NCBI GenBank assembly: GCA_963781585.1
Contig: CAWAGQ010000013.1
Location: forward strand, 256,001-320,000
Length of the DNA stretch: 64,000 nt
Direction of reading: 5' to 3'
Source: an uncultured Gemmatimonadaceae bacterium
Lineage (GTDB): Bacteria > Gemmatimonadota > Gemmatimonadetes > Gemmatimonadales > Gemmatimonadaceae
Part shown: piece after piece, positions 47,901 to 56,496 of the stretch
How positions within the stretch are numbered: position 1 is the first letter of the stretch
How the letters are laid out: the number at the start of each line of letters is the position of its first letter
Notes under the pieces: model-generated
What the model was told of the DNA's origin: nothing
The model's input: only the letters and a program-made list of their open reading frames with translations
Databases searched by the model: none
Program-made: the position numbers and the translations under genes

Positions 47901-48387
47901 GTGGGTCGACAAGGCCGGCAACAACGTCACCGAGTCCCAGTTCGAGATCCTGAAGGCGGCGGAGTGCACACCCGATACCCGCGCGTTACCCCGCCAAGCA
48001 GATCATCATGACCTCGTACGGAAGGCGGTTGACTTTGTCGTGTCCGAGGAGAAATCGGTCGGCGGCCAGCTGGGCCGCCCATCCGGTGCCCGGTTCCGTA
48101 CTTACGAGCGCCTTAAACGCTACGCCGAGCAGGTCAAAGGCACGCTATTCCAGTCGCCCGAGCTCGCGAAGGCCATCGAAGAGATCTACCGCTTTCCACT
48201 TCGGCAATCGGCCACCGACACCCTGAATCGCCAGCTGCGAGCTGGGATCTCGGACGATAAGCTGGCCGAGCTGGTGATGGCGCTCCGCGACGACGATCGG
48301 CTGTGCTTGGTCCACGAGGAAGAGCACTCCGCCGAGCCCCAGATCATCTGCTCCCTCGGCCTGGCCCCGGCCGAGAGCGGGAGCTGA
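44992..48387 (+). CDS. PLD (HKD) nuclease - SNF2-like helicase fusion
   Basis: SVGYF, LHAKLYL, GSSNLT (PLD); GDVVGLGKT, IDESQN, LSATP, SEGQNLQ, QRAGRVDRIGQ (helicase); ATG overlaps thsA TGA. Confidence 0.9.
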   Translation: MPRIFDNIHDDLLPALRAMLEVANRSDFSVGYFNLRGWKTLDDLVERWPGGGGNQCRLLVGMQRLPQDELRAALSVAAPGHDELDNQTAQRLKKKLAEEFRNQLTFGVPSNADEAGLRRLAGQLRAGKVVVKLFLRHALHAKLYLLFRTDPVNPIVGYLGSSNLTLSGLSHQGELNIDVLDHDAATKLANWFEDRWNDRWCVDITEELIQVIGESWAREEALAPYHIYVKMAYHLAQEARAGLAEFRIPPEFGNRLFDYQVAAVKIAAHHLNKRGGVLIGDVVGLGKTLMASALAKIFQDDHFTETLIICPKNLVKMWEDYVSEYRLLAKVLSVTRAARELPELRRYRVVLIDESQNLRNREGKRYRAIQEYIQENESKCILLSATPYNKTYLDLSSQLRLFVAEDKDMGIRPERLLRELGETEFIRRHQSPVRSLAAFEKSEYADDWRELMRLYMVRRTRSFIQDNYAATDPANGRKFLTFEDGTRSYFPDRIPKTVKFRIDEKSPSDQYARLFAPDVVVAINGLSLPRYGLANYVAATPHKAPTTAEAKQLQDLSRAGKRLMGFCRTNLFKRLESSGDAFGQSIERHVLRNYIVLHAIEHALPLPLGTQDTGLLDAGNYDEDVDDEAATAELFEDENGDGVTAPPRAALRSVEDFKKRAAELYESYATQFKRRFKWLRPDLFVKSLATDLEADAVSLLEVRTRCGQWDPSKDAKLDALYNLLEKRHPREKVLIFTQFADTVRYLEAQLRARGVKRLAGVTGEDEDPTSYAWRFSPDSNKKRKRLRPDEELRVLLATDVLSEGQNLQDGAIIVNFDLPWAIIRLVQRAGRVDRIGQKSEKILCYSFLPADGVENLIRLRARVRQRLHENAEVVGTDEAFFENERERQKLLDLYHEKSGILDGEAETEVDLASYAYQIWKNAIDRDPDLRKSIPALPPVVFSTRPHESTERKPHGALVYLRTAEGNDALAWVDKAGNNVTESQFEILKAAECTPDTRALPRQADHHDLVRKAVDFVVSEEKSVGGQLGRPSGARFRTYERLKRYAEQVKGTLFQSPELAKAIEEIYRFPLRQSATDTLNRQLRAGISDDKLAELVMALRDDDRLCLVHEEEHSAEPQIICSLGLAPAESGS

Positions 48388-48396
48388 GGTGTGCCG

Positions 48397-51393
48397 ATGG
48401 CTCTGAACGCTGCGCGCGCTCGGGAACGTCTCGCCAAGGGTGACCTGCGCGCTCTGTTTATCGAAGAACTCGGATGGGATCGTCATACGGCAACCCTGAG
48501 GGTAACCGTGGACGGCTCAACGCTCGATCTACACGCGCTCGCTCAGAAGCGCGGCATGGTCGCCTACCATTGCCCCGCGCCTGCGGGCCAGCCCCTGCCT
48601 GATTACAGCCACCGCCGCAAGATCGAGCATCAAGTCGCCAAGTCAGCACACGAGCACCTCATCATTTTCACCGACCCGGGCAACCAGACTCAGGTCTGGC
48701 AGTGGGTGAAACGAGAACTCGGAAAGCCGACCGCGTGTCGGGAGCATGCCTACCACCGCTCCCAGCCCGGTGACGCACTGCTCCAGAAGTTGAACGCCAT
48801 TGCGTTCACGCTAGAAGAGGAGGATCGGCTTTCTCTTCCGGACGTCACTCGGCGTGCTCGTGCCGGGTTCGATGTCGAGAGGGTTACCAAGCGCTTCTAC
48901 GACCGCTTCCAGAAGGAGCACGGAGCCTTTCTCAAGTTCATCACCGGCATTACCCAGAGCACCGACCGCGAGTGGTACGCCTCGGTCATGTTGAACCGGT
49001 TGATGTTCGTCTACTTCGTGCAGCGCAAGGGTTTCCTCGACGGCGACCGCCACTACCTCCGCAACCGGCTCGCGCGCATGCGCGCCGAGCATGGCAAGGA
49101 CAAGTTCTACTCCTTCTACCGGTACTTCCTCCTCCGCCTCTTTCATGAGGGGCTCGGCGGCAAGGCGCGCACGCGCGAGCTCGAGGCGCTCGTCGGTCAC
49201 ATCCCGTACCTGAACGGTGGCCTCTTCGACGTCCACGAGCTGGAGAAATCGGATCGCTACGGCAAGACCATCCGGATCCCCGACTCGGCGTTCGAACGCA
49301 TCTTCGACTACTTCGATCAGTACCAGTGGCACCTGGACGAGCGGCCGCTCCGCGCCGACAACGAGATCAACCCAGACGTACTGGGCTACATCTTCGAGAA
49401 GTACATCAACCAGAAACAGATGGGGGCGTACTACACGAAGGAGGACATCACCGAGTACATCAGCAAGAACACTGTGCTGCCGTACCTCTTCGATTCCGCG
49501 CGCACCAAATGCAGAGTTGCGTTCGAGAATGCTAAAGGCCCCACGGTCTGGGACCTGCTGAAGTCCGACCCCGACCGGTACATCTACTCTGCCGTTCGCC
49601 ACGGCGCCGGGGAACCGCTGCCGGCGGACATCTCCGCTGGGCTGAATCCACCGACTTTGCACAAAGCGGTGGGCGACGGCCCCGTCATGACCCTTGAGCT
49701 CAGGAAGGGCTGGAACAGGCCGGCACCCGCGACGCACGCGCTCCCGACGGAGACATGGCGTGAGGTAATCGCGCGCCGGACGCGTTATGAGGAGATCAAG
49801 AAGGGGCTCGCTGCTGGCGAGGTGAGGGACATCAACGACCTCATTACCCTCAACCTCGACATTCGCCAGTTCGCCCAGGATGCCATCGAGAACTGCGAAG
49901 GCCCGGACCTCCTTCGTGCCTTCTGGCATGCCATCGAGAAGGTGACCATCCTCGACCCGACGTGCGGGTCGGGCGCGTTCCTCTTCGCGGCCCTGAATAT
50001 CCTCGAACCGCTGTACGAGGCCTGCCTGGACCGGATGGAGGCCTTCGTTGACGATCTCGCTCGGTCGGGAGAGAAGCATCGCCCGGAAAAGTATTCCGAC
50101 TTCCGGAAGGTGCTGGATCGCATCGCGGCCCATCCCAATCGCCGTTACTTCATCTTCAAGAGCATCATCCTCAACAACCTCTTCGGCGTGGACATCATGG
50201 AAGAGGCGGTGGAGATCTGTAAGCTCCGCCTCTTCCTTAAGCTTGCGGCGCAGGTGGAGCCGGACTCCGCGCGCGACAACCTCGGCATTGAGCCTTTGCC
50301 GGATATCGATTTCAACATTCGCGCCGGCAACACGCTCGTCGGCTACGCGACGCTTGATGCCGTGAAAGAGGCACTCGGCAGCAAGCTCGACTTCGACAAC
50401 GCGGCCGACAAGATCGCGGTTAAGGCCGCAGATCTCCAGCAGGTCTTCGACGCATTCCGGGCGCGGCAGGTGGAGGGCGACGGTTCTGTTCCGGCGGAGC
50501 ACAAGCAGGAGCTCCGCAAGCGTCTGAGCGCCCTGGATGAGGAACTCAACCGTCACCTTGCGAATGAGTACGGCGTCGAGTGGACGAAGAAAGACGCCTA
50601 CACCAAGTGGCTGAAGTCCCATCAGCCATTCCACTGGTTCGTCGAATTCTACGGGATCATGAGCGGTGGCGGGTTCGACGTGATAATTGGGAACCCGCCG
50701 TATCTGGAGTACTCCAAGGTTGCCGAGTATTCAGTCCGCGGGTACGCGACTGAGCGATGCTCGAATCTCTACGTGTATACGGTCGAGAGGTCGCTCGCTC
50801 TGAACGGCCCCCGTGGGAGCTTGGGGATGATCATCCCAATCTCAGCCGCATGTTCCGGCGCCATGCAGCCGCTCCGTGACCACCTCACGCAGCGGGCCGG
50901 ATCGCTCTGGCTCTCTCATTTTTCAAACCGCCCGGGTCAGCTGTTCAATGGAGCCCAGAACCGTCTGACGATACTTGTCGCCTCGAGACGGCGTGGAGAC
51001 CGAAAGGTCTTCTCCACTCGATACCATAGATGGGACGCCAGAAATGGCGAACGAGACAGCCTGTTTCCCGTCTTGCGTTACCTCGAGACAGGCGAGGAGG
51101 CGCCCATGTTTCATGGGCTTCTCCCCAAGATTGGTACTCCCGAAGCAGCCGCTGTGCTGAAGAAGATCAGATGTGCCAAGACGGTCGCGTTCTTCACCAC
51201 AAGGCGCGGCAAGTACAAGCTCTTCTGGGTGCGCGTGCCCGGCTATTTCTGTGTCTTTCTTCCCGGCCGCTTGCCGCGCGGCTTTCAAGGCAGGCCGGAT
51301 CCTGTTCTTGTCCCCGTTCACCAAGCATCCGAGGCGTGTCACGAAGGAGTCTGCCCTCCGGCGCAACGAGGTGGTCGCCGCGCTCGCAGATGA
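48397..51393 (+). CDS. Eco57I/type IIG-like N6-adenine DNA methyltransferase, C-terminus probably truncated near 51255
   Basis: PYLNGGLF, LGYIFE, GAYYT, LDPTCGSGAF (motif I), IIGNPPY (motif IV); the tail after RVPGYFC looks out of frame. Confidence 0.85.
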   Translation: MALNAARARERLAKGDLRALFIEELGWDRHTATLRVTVDGSTLDLHALAQKRGMVAYHCPAPAGQPLPDYSHRRKIEHQVAKSAHEHLIIFTDPGNQTQVWQWVKRELGKPTACREHAYHRSQPGDALLQKLNAIAFTLEEEDRLSLPDVTRRARAGFDVERVTKRFYDRFQKEHGAFLKFITGITQSTDREWYASVMLNRLMFVYFVQRKGFLDGDRHYLRNRLARMRAEHGKDKFYSFYRYFLLRLFHEGLGGKARTRELEALVGHIPYLNGGLFDVHELEKSDRYGKTIRIPDSAFERIFDYFDQYQWHLDERPLRADNEINPDVLGYIFEKYINQKQMGAYYTKEDITEYISKNTVLPYLFDSARTKCRVAFENAKGPTVWDLLKSDPDRYIYSAVRHGAGEPLPADISAGLNPPTLHKAVGDGPVMTLELRKGWNRPAPATHALPTETWREVIARRTRYEEIKKGLAAGEVRDINDLITLNLDIRQFAQDAIENCEGPDLLRAFWHAIEKVTILDPTCGSGAFLFAALNILEPLYEACLDRMEAFVDDLARSGEKHRPEKYSDFRKVLDRIAAHPNRRYFIFKSIILNNLFGVDIMEEAVEICKLRLFLKLAAQVEPDSARDNLGIEPLPDIDFNIRAGNTLVGYATLDAVKEALGSKLDFDNAADKIAVKAADLQQVFDAFRARQVEGDGSVPAEHKQELRKRLSALDEELNRHLANEYGVEWTKKDAYTKWLKSHQPFHWFVEFYGIMSGGGFDVIIGNPPYLEYSKVAEYSVRGYATERCSNLYVYTVERSLALNGPRGSLGMIIPISAACSGAMQPLRDHLTQRAGSLWLSHFSNRPGQLFNGAQNRLTILVASRRRGDRKVFSTRYHRWDARNGERDSLFPVLRYLETGEEAPMFHGLLPKIGTPEAAAVLKKIRCAKTVAFFTTRRGKYKLFWVRVPGYFCVFLPGRLPRGFQGRPDPVLVPVHQASEACHEGVCPPAQRGGRRARR

Positions 51394-51478
51394 GGCGTAC
51401 GTCGCGCACGTCGCAAGCGGCGGGAAGACAGACCAGATCGTGAAGAAGCTGGCGGAGTGGAAGGTGCCGCTTCTGTGA
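51255..51478 (+). pseudogene. 3' remnant of a DprA/Smf (SLOG)-like gene
   Basis: AGRILFLSPF...RRVTKESALRRNEVVAALADEAYVAHVASGGKT resembles the DprA-like C-terminal RN..VAALAD motif; no N-terminus. Confidence 0.6.
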
Positions 51479-51511
51479 AGACGTCGCGCATTGGAGCCGT
51501 CGAGGGCAGGC

Positions 51512-51569
51512 GTCTAACGAAGTAAAGATTCGTGCCGCGCGATAGCCGCGGCACAATCTGGGGTTGAAC
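51512..51569 (+). other. attC site 1
   Basis: R'' GTCTAAC, stem AGATT(C)GTGCCGCG/CGCGGCACAATCT with an extrahelical base, R' GTTGAAC. Confidence 0.8.
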
Positions 51570-51782
51570 TCAGTCCGCCCCGCGGCAGGGCCTTGGAGTT
51601 TCAGGCGGGTGCGTGACCCGAGGCGACGTCCAGGACGCCCAGCGAAGCGAGCGTCAGGCGGCCTGCCGAGCCCAGACCGGGGGCCGCGCACCGGACCAGC
51701 CGCGCGCGATTGAGGCCGGCGCAGCGTTGGCCGTGCGCTCCGGCGATCATGGGGCGCGGCTTCGCCGGACCACGCGCGCGGA

Positions 51783-52952
51783 TCATGCGGCGACTGTGGC
51801 AGTCGGTGGGGTGGAGCACGGCGAGGACCACGAGTCCGGCGGCGCGCGCGATCGGGTGAAGTGGTCGATGACCACGAGGCGACCGCGCCGACAGACCGGG
51901 CAGCAGGGGTCCGGCGCGGTTGGTGGCTGGTCGTGCGCGACCGGAGTCTGCGCCGGGATGTTGCTCGCGGACTTCGGGACGCCGTCGCGAGCGTGAAGCT
52001 CGAGGAGATCGCGGGCCCGTTCCAGCTGCGTGCGGCGGCCGGGGCTCAGGAGACCATAGGAGCGGACCTTGGTGAAGCCTCGGGGGAGGACGTGCTGGAG
52101 GAAACGGCCGATGAAGGTGTTCACCGGCAGCGTCAGGCGCCGGGTCTCCCCGGTGCGTGCGTGGGTATAGCGGAAGGTGACGCGATCATTGCTGAAGCGT
52201 TCGATGCGGTGGTTGGTGAGGGCGACGCGGTAGATGTAGCGGGAGAGATAGAGTGCGGCGTGCTGCCCGGTGCCGATGGCCTTGACGTGGACCGTCCAGC
52301 GGTGGGTCCACACGCCGGGATCGACCTCGCCGGCGAGGCCGGCTCGTGCGAACGCGTCGCGCATCTTCGCCCGGAAGATCGGGGAGAGCATGTAGCCCGG
52401 GACGAGGAAACGAGAATGAGCGGGCTTGATCCAGGCCGTGCCGTCCGCGCCGAGGCCGCCGGCGCTGACGAGGAGGTGGACGTGGGGATGGTGCTCCAGG
52501 GTGCGCGACCAGGTGTGGAGTACGGCGAGGATGGCGGGAGTGCCGCCCACCCAGTTCGGGTCCTTACAGAGCGTGAGGACAGTGGCAGCTGCTTCGCGTA
52601 GAAGGGCGGCGTATACCAGGCGCTGGTGCGATCGGGCGACGGACCGCAGCCCCTGTGGGAGGGTGAACGTGAGGAGGTAGTGGCCGGTGTGGAGAAGCCG
52701 CTGCCGGACTCGCTCCAACCATCTCTGGGCCCGATCGTCCTGGCACGTGGGACAGTGGCGGTTGCGGCAGGAGTGGTAGCGGTACGCGAGGGCAGCGCAC
52801 TCGTCGCAGCGGTAGAGCGAGCCACCGAGGGCCGGTGTGCGACACTGGACGATGTCGTTCATGGCCCTCCGGTGGGAGGGCAGGAGCGGTCCGGCGTGGG
52901 TCCGCAGATACTCGGGCCCCGCCCTGCGGAGGATGTCCGCGAGCTCCACCAC
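51783..52952 (-). CDS. IS91-family (Y2) rolling-circle transposase with Zn-binding domain
   Basis: CRTPALGG...CDEC...HSCRNRHCPTC; LHTW...HPHVH (HUH); YLSRYIYR (YxxxY); RFLQHVLPRGF. Confidence 0.92.
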   Translation of the reverse strand: MVELADILRRAGPEYLRTHAGPLLPSHRRAMNDIVQCRTPALGGSLYRCDECAALAYRYHSCRNRHCPTCQDDRAQRWLERVRQRLLHTGHYLLTFTLPQGLRSVARSHQRLVYAALLREAAATVLTLCKDPNWVGGTPAILAVLHTWSRTLEHHPHVHLLVSAGGLGADGTAWIKPAHSRFLVPGYMLSPIFRAKMRDAFARAGLAGEVDPGVWTHRWTVHVKAIGTGQHAALYLSRYIYRVALTNHRIERFSNDRVTFRYTHARTGETRRLTLPVNTFIGRFLQHVLPRGFTKVRSYGLLSPGRRTQLERARDLLELHARDGVPKSASNIPAQTPVAHDQPPTAPDPCCPVCRRGRLVVIDHFTRSRAPPDSWSSPCSTPPTATVAA

Positions 52953-52999
52953 GGCCCGTCTCGGGGGCAGTGGCTGTCTGAACCGACGGGCCTAACGAC

Positions 53000-53872
53000 T
53001 CAAGAGCGACGCGCCATGAGATCGTTGATCGGACTCAGCGCGGCGTCGTGGAGCTCCCGGGTGAGGTGGGTGTAGATGGCGGTTGTTCTGGGACTGGTGT
53101 GGCCCAGATACTCCTGGATCAATCGCAGATTGACACCGGCCTCCAGCAGGTGCGTGGCGTAGCTGTGCCGGAGCGTGTGGACGTGCGCGCGCTTGTGGAT
53201 ACCGCTGGCCCTGACAGCACGGACGAAGGCGCTCTGAAGGCTGGCGCGGGAGATGGGGCCCACGGCCGGGTCGCTCAGGACGCCGGCATGGGATCGGGTG
53301 ATCGTGGGGAAGAGCCAGAGGGGATTACGGTGCGTCCGCCAGTGCTCTCGCAACAGCGCGAGGGTGGCGTCCGGGAGCGGGACGTAGCGATCCTTGCGGC
53401 GCTTGCCGTGAATGTGGAGCAGCTTCCGGGCACCATCGACATCGGGGACCTGGAGGCGGGCGCCCTCCAAGAGGCGGAGGCCGCAGGCGTAGATGGTCGT
53501 CAGGCAGACGCGGTAGACGGGAAGTCGAAGATGATCCAGGATTTGCCAGACCTCGCCGCGGCTCAGGACGACCGGGAGCTTCTTCTCCCCCTTGGGCCGG
53601 GCCACCTTGAGGACCATCCACTCGCGCCCAAGCGTGTGCTGGTAGAAGAACTTGAGGCCGCAGAGGGCGATGGTGTGGGTGCCCCGGGCGACCTTCTGAA
53701 CGGTGGTGAGGTGAAGGAGGTAGTCGCGGAGCTGCTCTTCCGTGAGGGTGTCGGGTGAGGCATGATAGAAGCGGGCCAGCTGAGCGACGGAGCGGACGTA
53801 GGCTTCGACGGTGCGATCGGAGTAGCCGCGGAGCTGGAGATCCTGGATCATGCGTTGGCGGAGCGGTGTCAT
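53000..53872 (-). CDS. Tyrosine recombinase (phage-integrase family, SAM-like N-terminus)
   Basis: MTPLRQRMIQDLQLRGYSDRT; GLRLLE, HTLRHSYATHLLE, LGH...TTAIY (R-H-R-H-Y intact). Confidence 0.92.
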   Translation of the reverse strand: MTPLRQRMIQDLQLRGYSDRTVEAYVRSVAQLARFYHASPDTLTEEQLRDYLLHLTTVQKVARGTHTIALCGLKFFYQHTLGREWMVLKVARPKGEKKLPVVLSRGEVWQILDHLRLPVYRVCLTTIYACGLRLLEGARLQVPDVDGARKLLHIHGKRRKDRYVPLPDATLALLREHWRTHRNPLWLFPTITRSHAGVLSDPAVGPISRASLQSAFVRAVRASGIHKRAHVHTLRHSYATHLLEAGVNLRLIQEYLGHTSPRTTAIYTHLTRELHDAALSPINDLMARRS

Positions 53873-53991
53873 GGTGTCCTCGCTGAAGGGGTTCAGCGTG
53901 AACATTGGACATCACTCCGCCAACTTCATCAGCCACGGTGGAGTAAGGGCACGCACCGAAATCGCAGTGCTAGACGCCGAAGGCGGATTGA

Positions 53992-54085
53992 GTTCAACCA
54001 CGCGTTGCAGCCGACGCGGGCGCCATGGTGGCGGCTTCGCCGCTTTGATTGGACTGCCCGCGCAGCTGAACGCTAGGCGTTAGGC
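53992..54085 (+). other. attC site 2
   Basis: GTTCAAC-CACGCGTTGCAGCCGACGCGGGC...GCCCGCGCAGCTGAACGCTAGGC-GTTAGGC imperfect hairpin. Confidence 0.85.
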
Positions 54086-54098
54086 GGAGCTTCAAGTC

Positions 54099-54593
54099 AT
54101 GAGCACTTCAGAGCTGGACACTCAGTCTGCAGCGGAGCGACGATCGGCGGAAGCCCGGTTGCGGGCGCTTATCGCCAAGTGCGTTCCCGCGCACCAACGG
54201 CTCACCGGCGCATTGCGACGATGGCTGCGAAAGCGCCTGCCCACCGCCCATGAGGTGGTCTATGAGTATTCTGACTGCCTCGTCATCAGCTATTCACCGA
54301 ACGAGCGCGGGTATGACGGGGTCCTTGCCATCCGCGCGAGCGCCGACGGAGTCAAGCTGTACCTCAATCGTGGCACGGGATTGCCGGATCCTGAGAAACT
54401 GTTGCGGGGGTCCGGCAAACAGACGCGCTGGATTCCCGTGGAGGGCGCATCCACACTCGCTCGCTCGGCGGTCGTGGACGTGATCGACAGAGCCATCGCT
54501 CGAAGTCGCGTCCCGTTTGGGCGCACCGGCCTTGGGTTGGTGGTCATTCGTTCGGAAGTGGCCAAGGCGCGTGGGCGGCGTCGCCCCGCCTAA
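54099..54593 (+). CDS. DUF1801/YdhG-like cassette protein
   Basis: LRKRLPTAHEVVYEY...LPDPEKLLRGSGKQTRWI; its stop lies in a degenerate R'' GCCTAAA (54588) matching the cassette start GTTAGGCGG. Confidence 0.65.
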   Translation: MSTSELDTQSAAERRSAEARLRALIAKCVPAHQRLTGALRRWLRKRLPTAHEVVYEYSDCLVISYSPNERGYDGVLAIRASADGVKLYLNRGTGLPDPEKLLRGSGKQTRWIPVEGASTLARSAVVDVIDRAIARSRVPFGRTGLGLVVIRSEVAKARGRRRPA

Positions 54594-54653
54594 AAAACCC
54601 CTGGAGCTGGCGGGAAGGGAATCTCGTAGAACATTCCTCTCGTAGGACCCTGC

Positions 54654-55618
54654 GTGAGGCACGCACACATCGCGTTCATGGTTGCTGCAGCAGCCGTGCT
54701 GCAAGGGCAGCAACCGCAGCTGCCGCCGGCGCCTGGCAAACTGGTGGATATTGGAGGTAGGCGACTCCACGTCATGTGCAGCGGCTCCGGCTCACCCACG
54801 GTCGTCCTCGAGGCGGGCGCCTCGTCTTTCGCGATCGACTGGACGCTGGTGCAACGGTCGGTGGCTCGCACCGCGTGTCTGTTCCTACGACCGCGGTGGT
54901 ATGGGATGGAGTGATCCGTCTTCGGGTACCTTCATCGACGCCGCAAGAAGACCTCCACAAGCTGCTGGCGGCAGTTTCGGAGCACCCTCCATTCATCCTC
55001 GTCGGGGCCTCACGAGGTGGACTCTTTATCCGTGCGTTTCAGGCCGACTATCCGTCGGAAGTCGCCGGGTTGGTATTTGTCGACCCGTCGACTGAAGACC
55101 GCCTATTCACCGTCTTTGAAGGTCACGACGTGTTGATCGCATCGCTGACCGCCCAGCAGCTTCGCTCGACACTTCCGACAGCACCGGTCGTGGTCCCGCG
55201 CCGGCAACCGCAGACCGGCGCGCCCTTCGACCGCCTGCCGCCGCAGCTCCATCGAACTCGCGTGCTGCTTGACGAACGGCTCATTGCCTCATACCCAGAT
55301 ACCGTCACACCAGAGGTTGTCGCCGCCTTCTCCGAGAGCGAACGAGCGCTCTTGGCGCGCCTCCGAGCGCTTCGTGCTCCGACGCGACACCCGCTCGGCA
55401 GCCTTCCCACGGTCGTTCTGACGCGGGGCAATCCGAGAAACAACGAACGCGAGGCGGCGCATCGTTCCCTGGCCTGTCTCTCGACGGATTCACGCCACAC
55501 CATCGTCGCCGGCGCCGGCCACGAGATCCATCTGTTCAAACCGAACGCCGTCGTTCAGGCAATCGAGGACGTGATCGAAGCCGTTCGTTACAATGCGCCC
55601 CTGCGAACGCTGCGTTAA
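54654..55618 (+). pseudogene. Alpha/beta hydrolase, two frameshifts
   Basis: GKLVDIGGRRLH...PTVVLEAG / RVCSYDRGGMGWSD / ILVGASRGG...GAGHEIH are split across three frames. Confidence 0.75.
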
Positions 55619-55660
55619 CGCGGGCGTGAGACATCACCACAAATCGCGGATTGCAGCCAG

Positions 55661-56368
55661 GTGTTGACTGACCTCGAGCTGATGCAGTTGCACGTGGACG
55701 CCGAATTCACGCAGGACGCGGCTGGCCATCTGGTGTCAACGAATGAGCCAACAGCGGCCCCCGCGCCACGGTTCTTCCTGGGCCAGACCGCGCTCGGCGT
55801 TGTTCGCCGCTACCGGCGCGACGTGTCACTTGCACGCCGAAGGATGCTGGAGGCCGCCCTCGCGGACGCCGGAGGTGATCGCTCCAATGTGGCCCTCGAC
55901 GGGCCGCTCGATCCGACGCCGTTCGAGGAGATTCTGTCAAAGGAAGCGCCCATCCAGCATACCTCAGTTGGAATCGCATTCCGCTTCCCGGACGTGTTGC
56001 CAGCAGATCCTGCCACCCGGATCCTATGTAGCACCGCAGAGGCCTCGCTGCTACATCCGTTGCTTGCGGCATGGGCGCCGGACATCCAGTTGTCCGCACC
56101 ACTCGTGGCGTACGTCTCTTATGGCGTGGCTGTCGCCGTGTGCGGCAGCGTGCGGATCACGCCCCGCGCGCATGAAGCAGGAGTAGAGACGGCTGCACCC
56201 TATCGGGGCCATGGCTACGCGAGTGCCGCCGTGGCGGCGTGGGCGACGACCGTGCGCGCACTCGGAGTAGAGCCGTTGTACAGTACAACGTGGCGGAACG
56301 CGGCCTCGCAGGGCGTCGCGCGGAGCTTGGGGCTTGTTCCATTTGGGCGCGATCTGCATATCACGTGA
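55661..56368 (+). CDS. GNAT-family acetyltransferase
   Basis: EAGVETAAPYRGHGYA...PLYSTTWRNAASQGVARSLG. Confidence 0.8.
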   Translation: MLTDLELMQLHVDAEFTQDAAGHLVSTNEPTAAPAPRFFLGQTALGVVRRYRRDVSLARRRMLEAALADAGGDRSNVALDGPLDPTPFEEILSKEAPIQHTSVGIAFRFPDVLPADPATRILCSTAEASLLHPLLAAWAPDIQLSAPLVAYVSYGVAVAVCGSVRITPRAHEAGVETAAPYRGHGYASAAVAAWATTVRALGVEPLYSTTWRNAASQGVARSLGLVPFGRDLHIT

Positions 56369-56381
56369 CGGCCCTCGTGAC

Positions 56382-56496
56382 GTCTGACAACGCGTTGCAG
56401 CCGGCAGGAACGCAAACGGTAGGTGACACAATCCCCTCCGCGAAACACAGCGTTGATGCCATCCGACCCCTGACGGGCGAATAGTCGCGTTTAGAC
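56382..56496 (+). other. Degenerate attC
   Basis: GTCTGAC-AACGCGTTGCAGCCGGCAGG...GTTTAGAC; its left part matches attC2. Confidence 0.5.

Larger units (their letters stand above)
51563..53998 (-). mobile_element. IS91-like HUH transposase + tyrosine recombinase element with 17-bp inverted ends, formatted as a gene cassette
   Basis: GTTGAACTCAGTCCGCC (51563-51579) vs GGCGGATTGAGTTCAAC (53982-53998), 16/17 complementary. Confidence 0.8.

Noticed and set aside
44992..51393. Calling the helicase/MTase pair BREX or DISARM
   Set aside because: No PglZ, BrxC, DrmA or DrmB partner genes in the block
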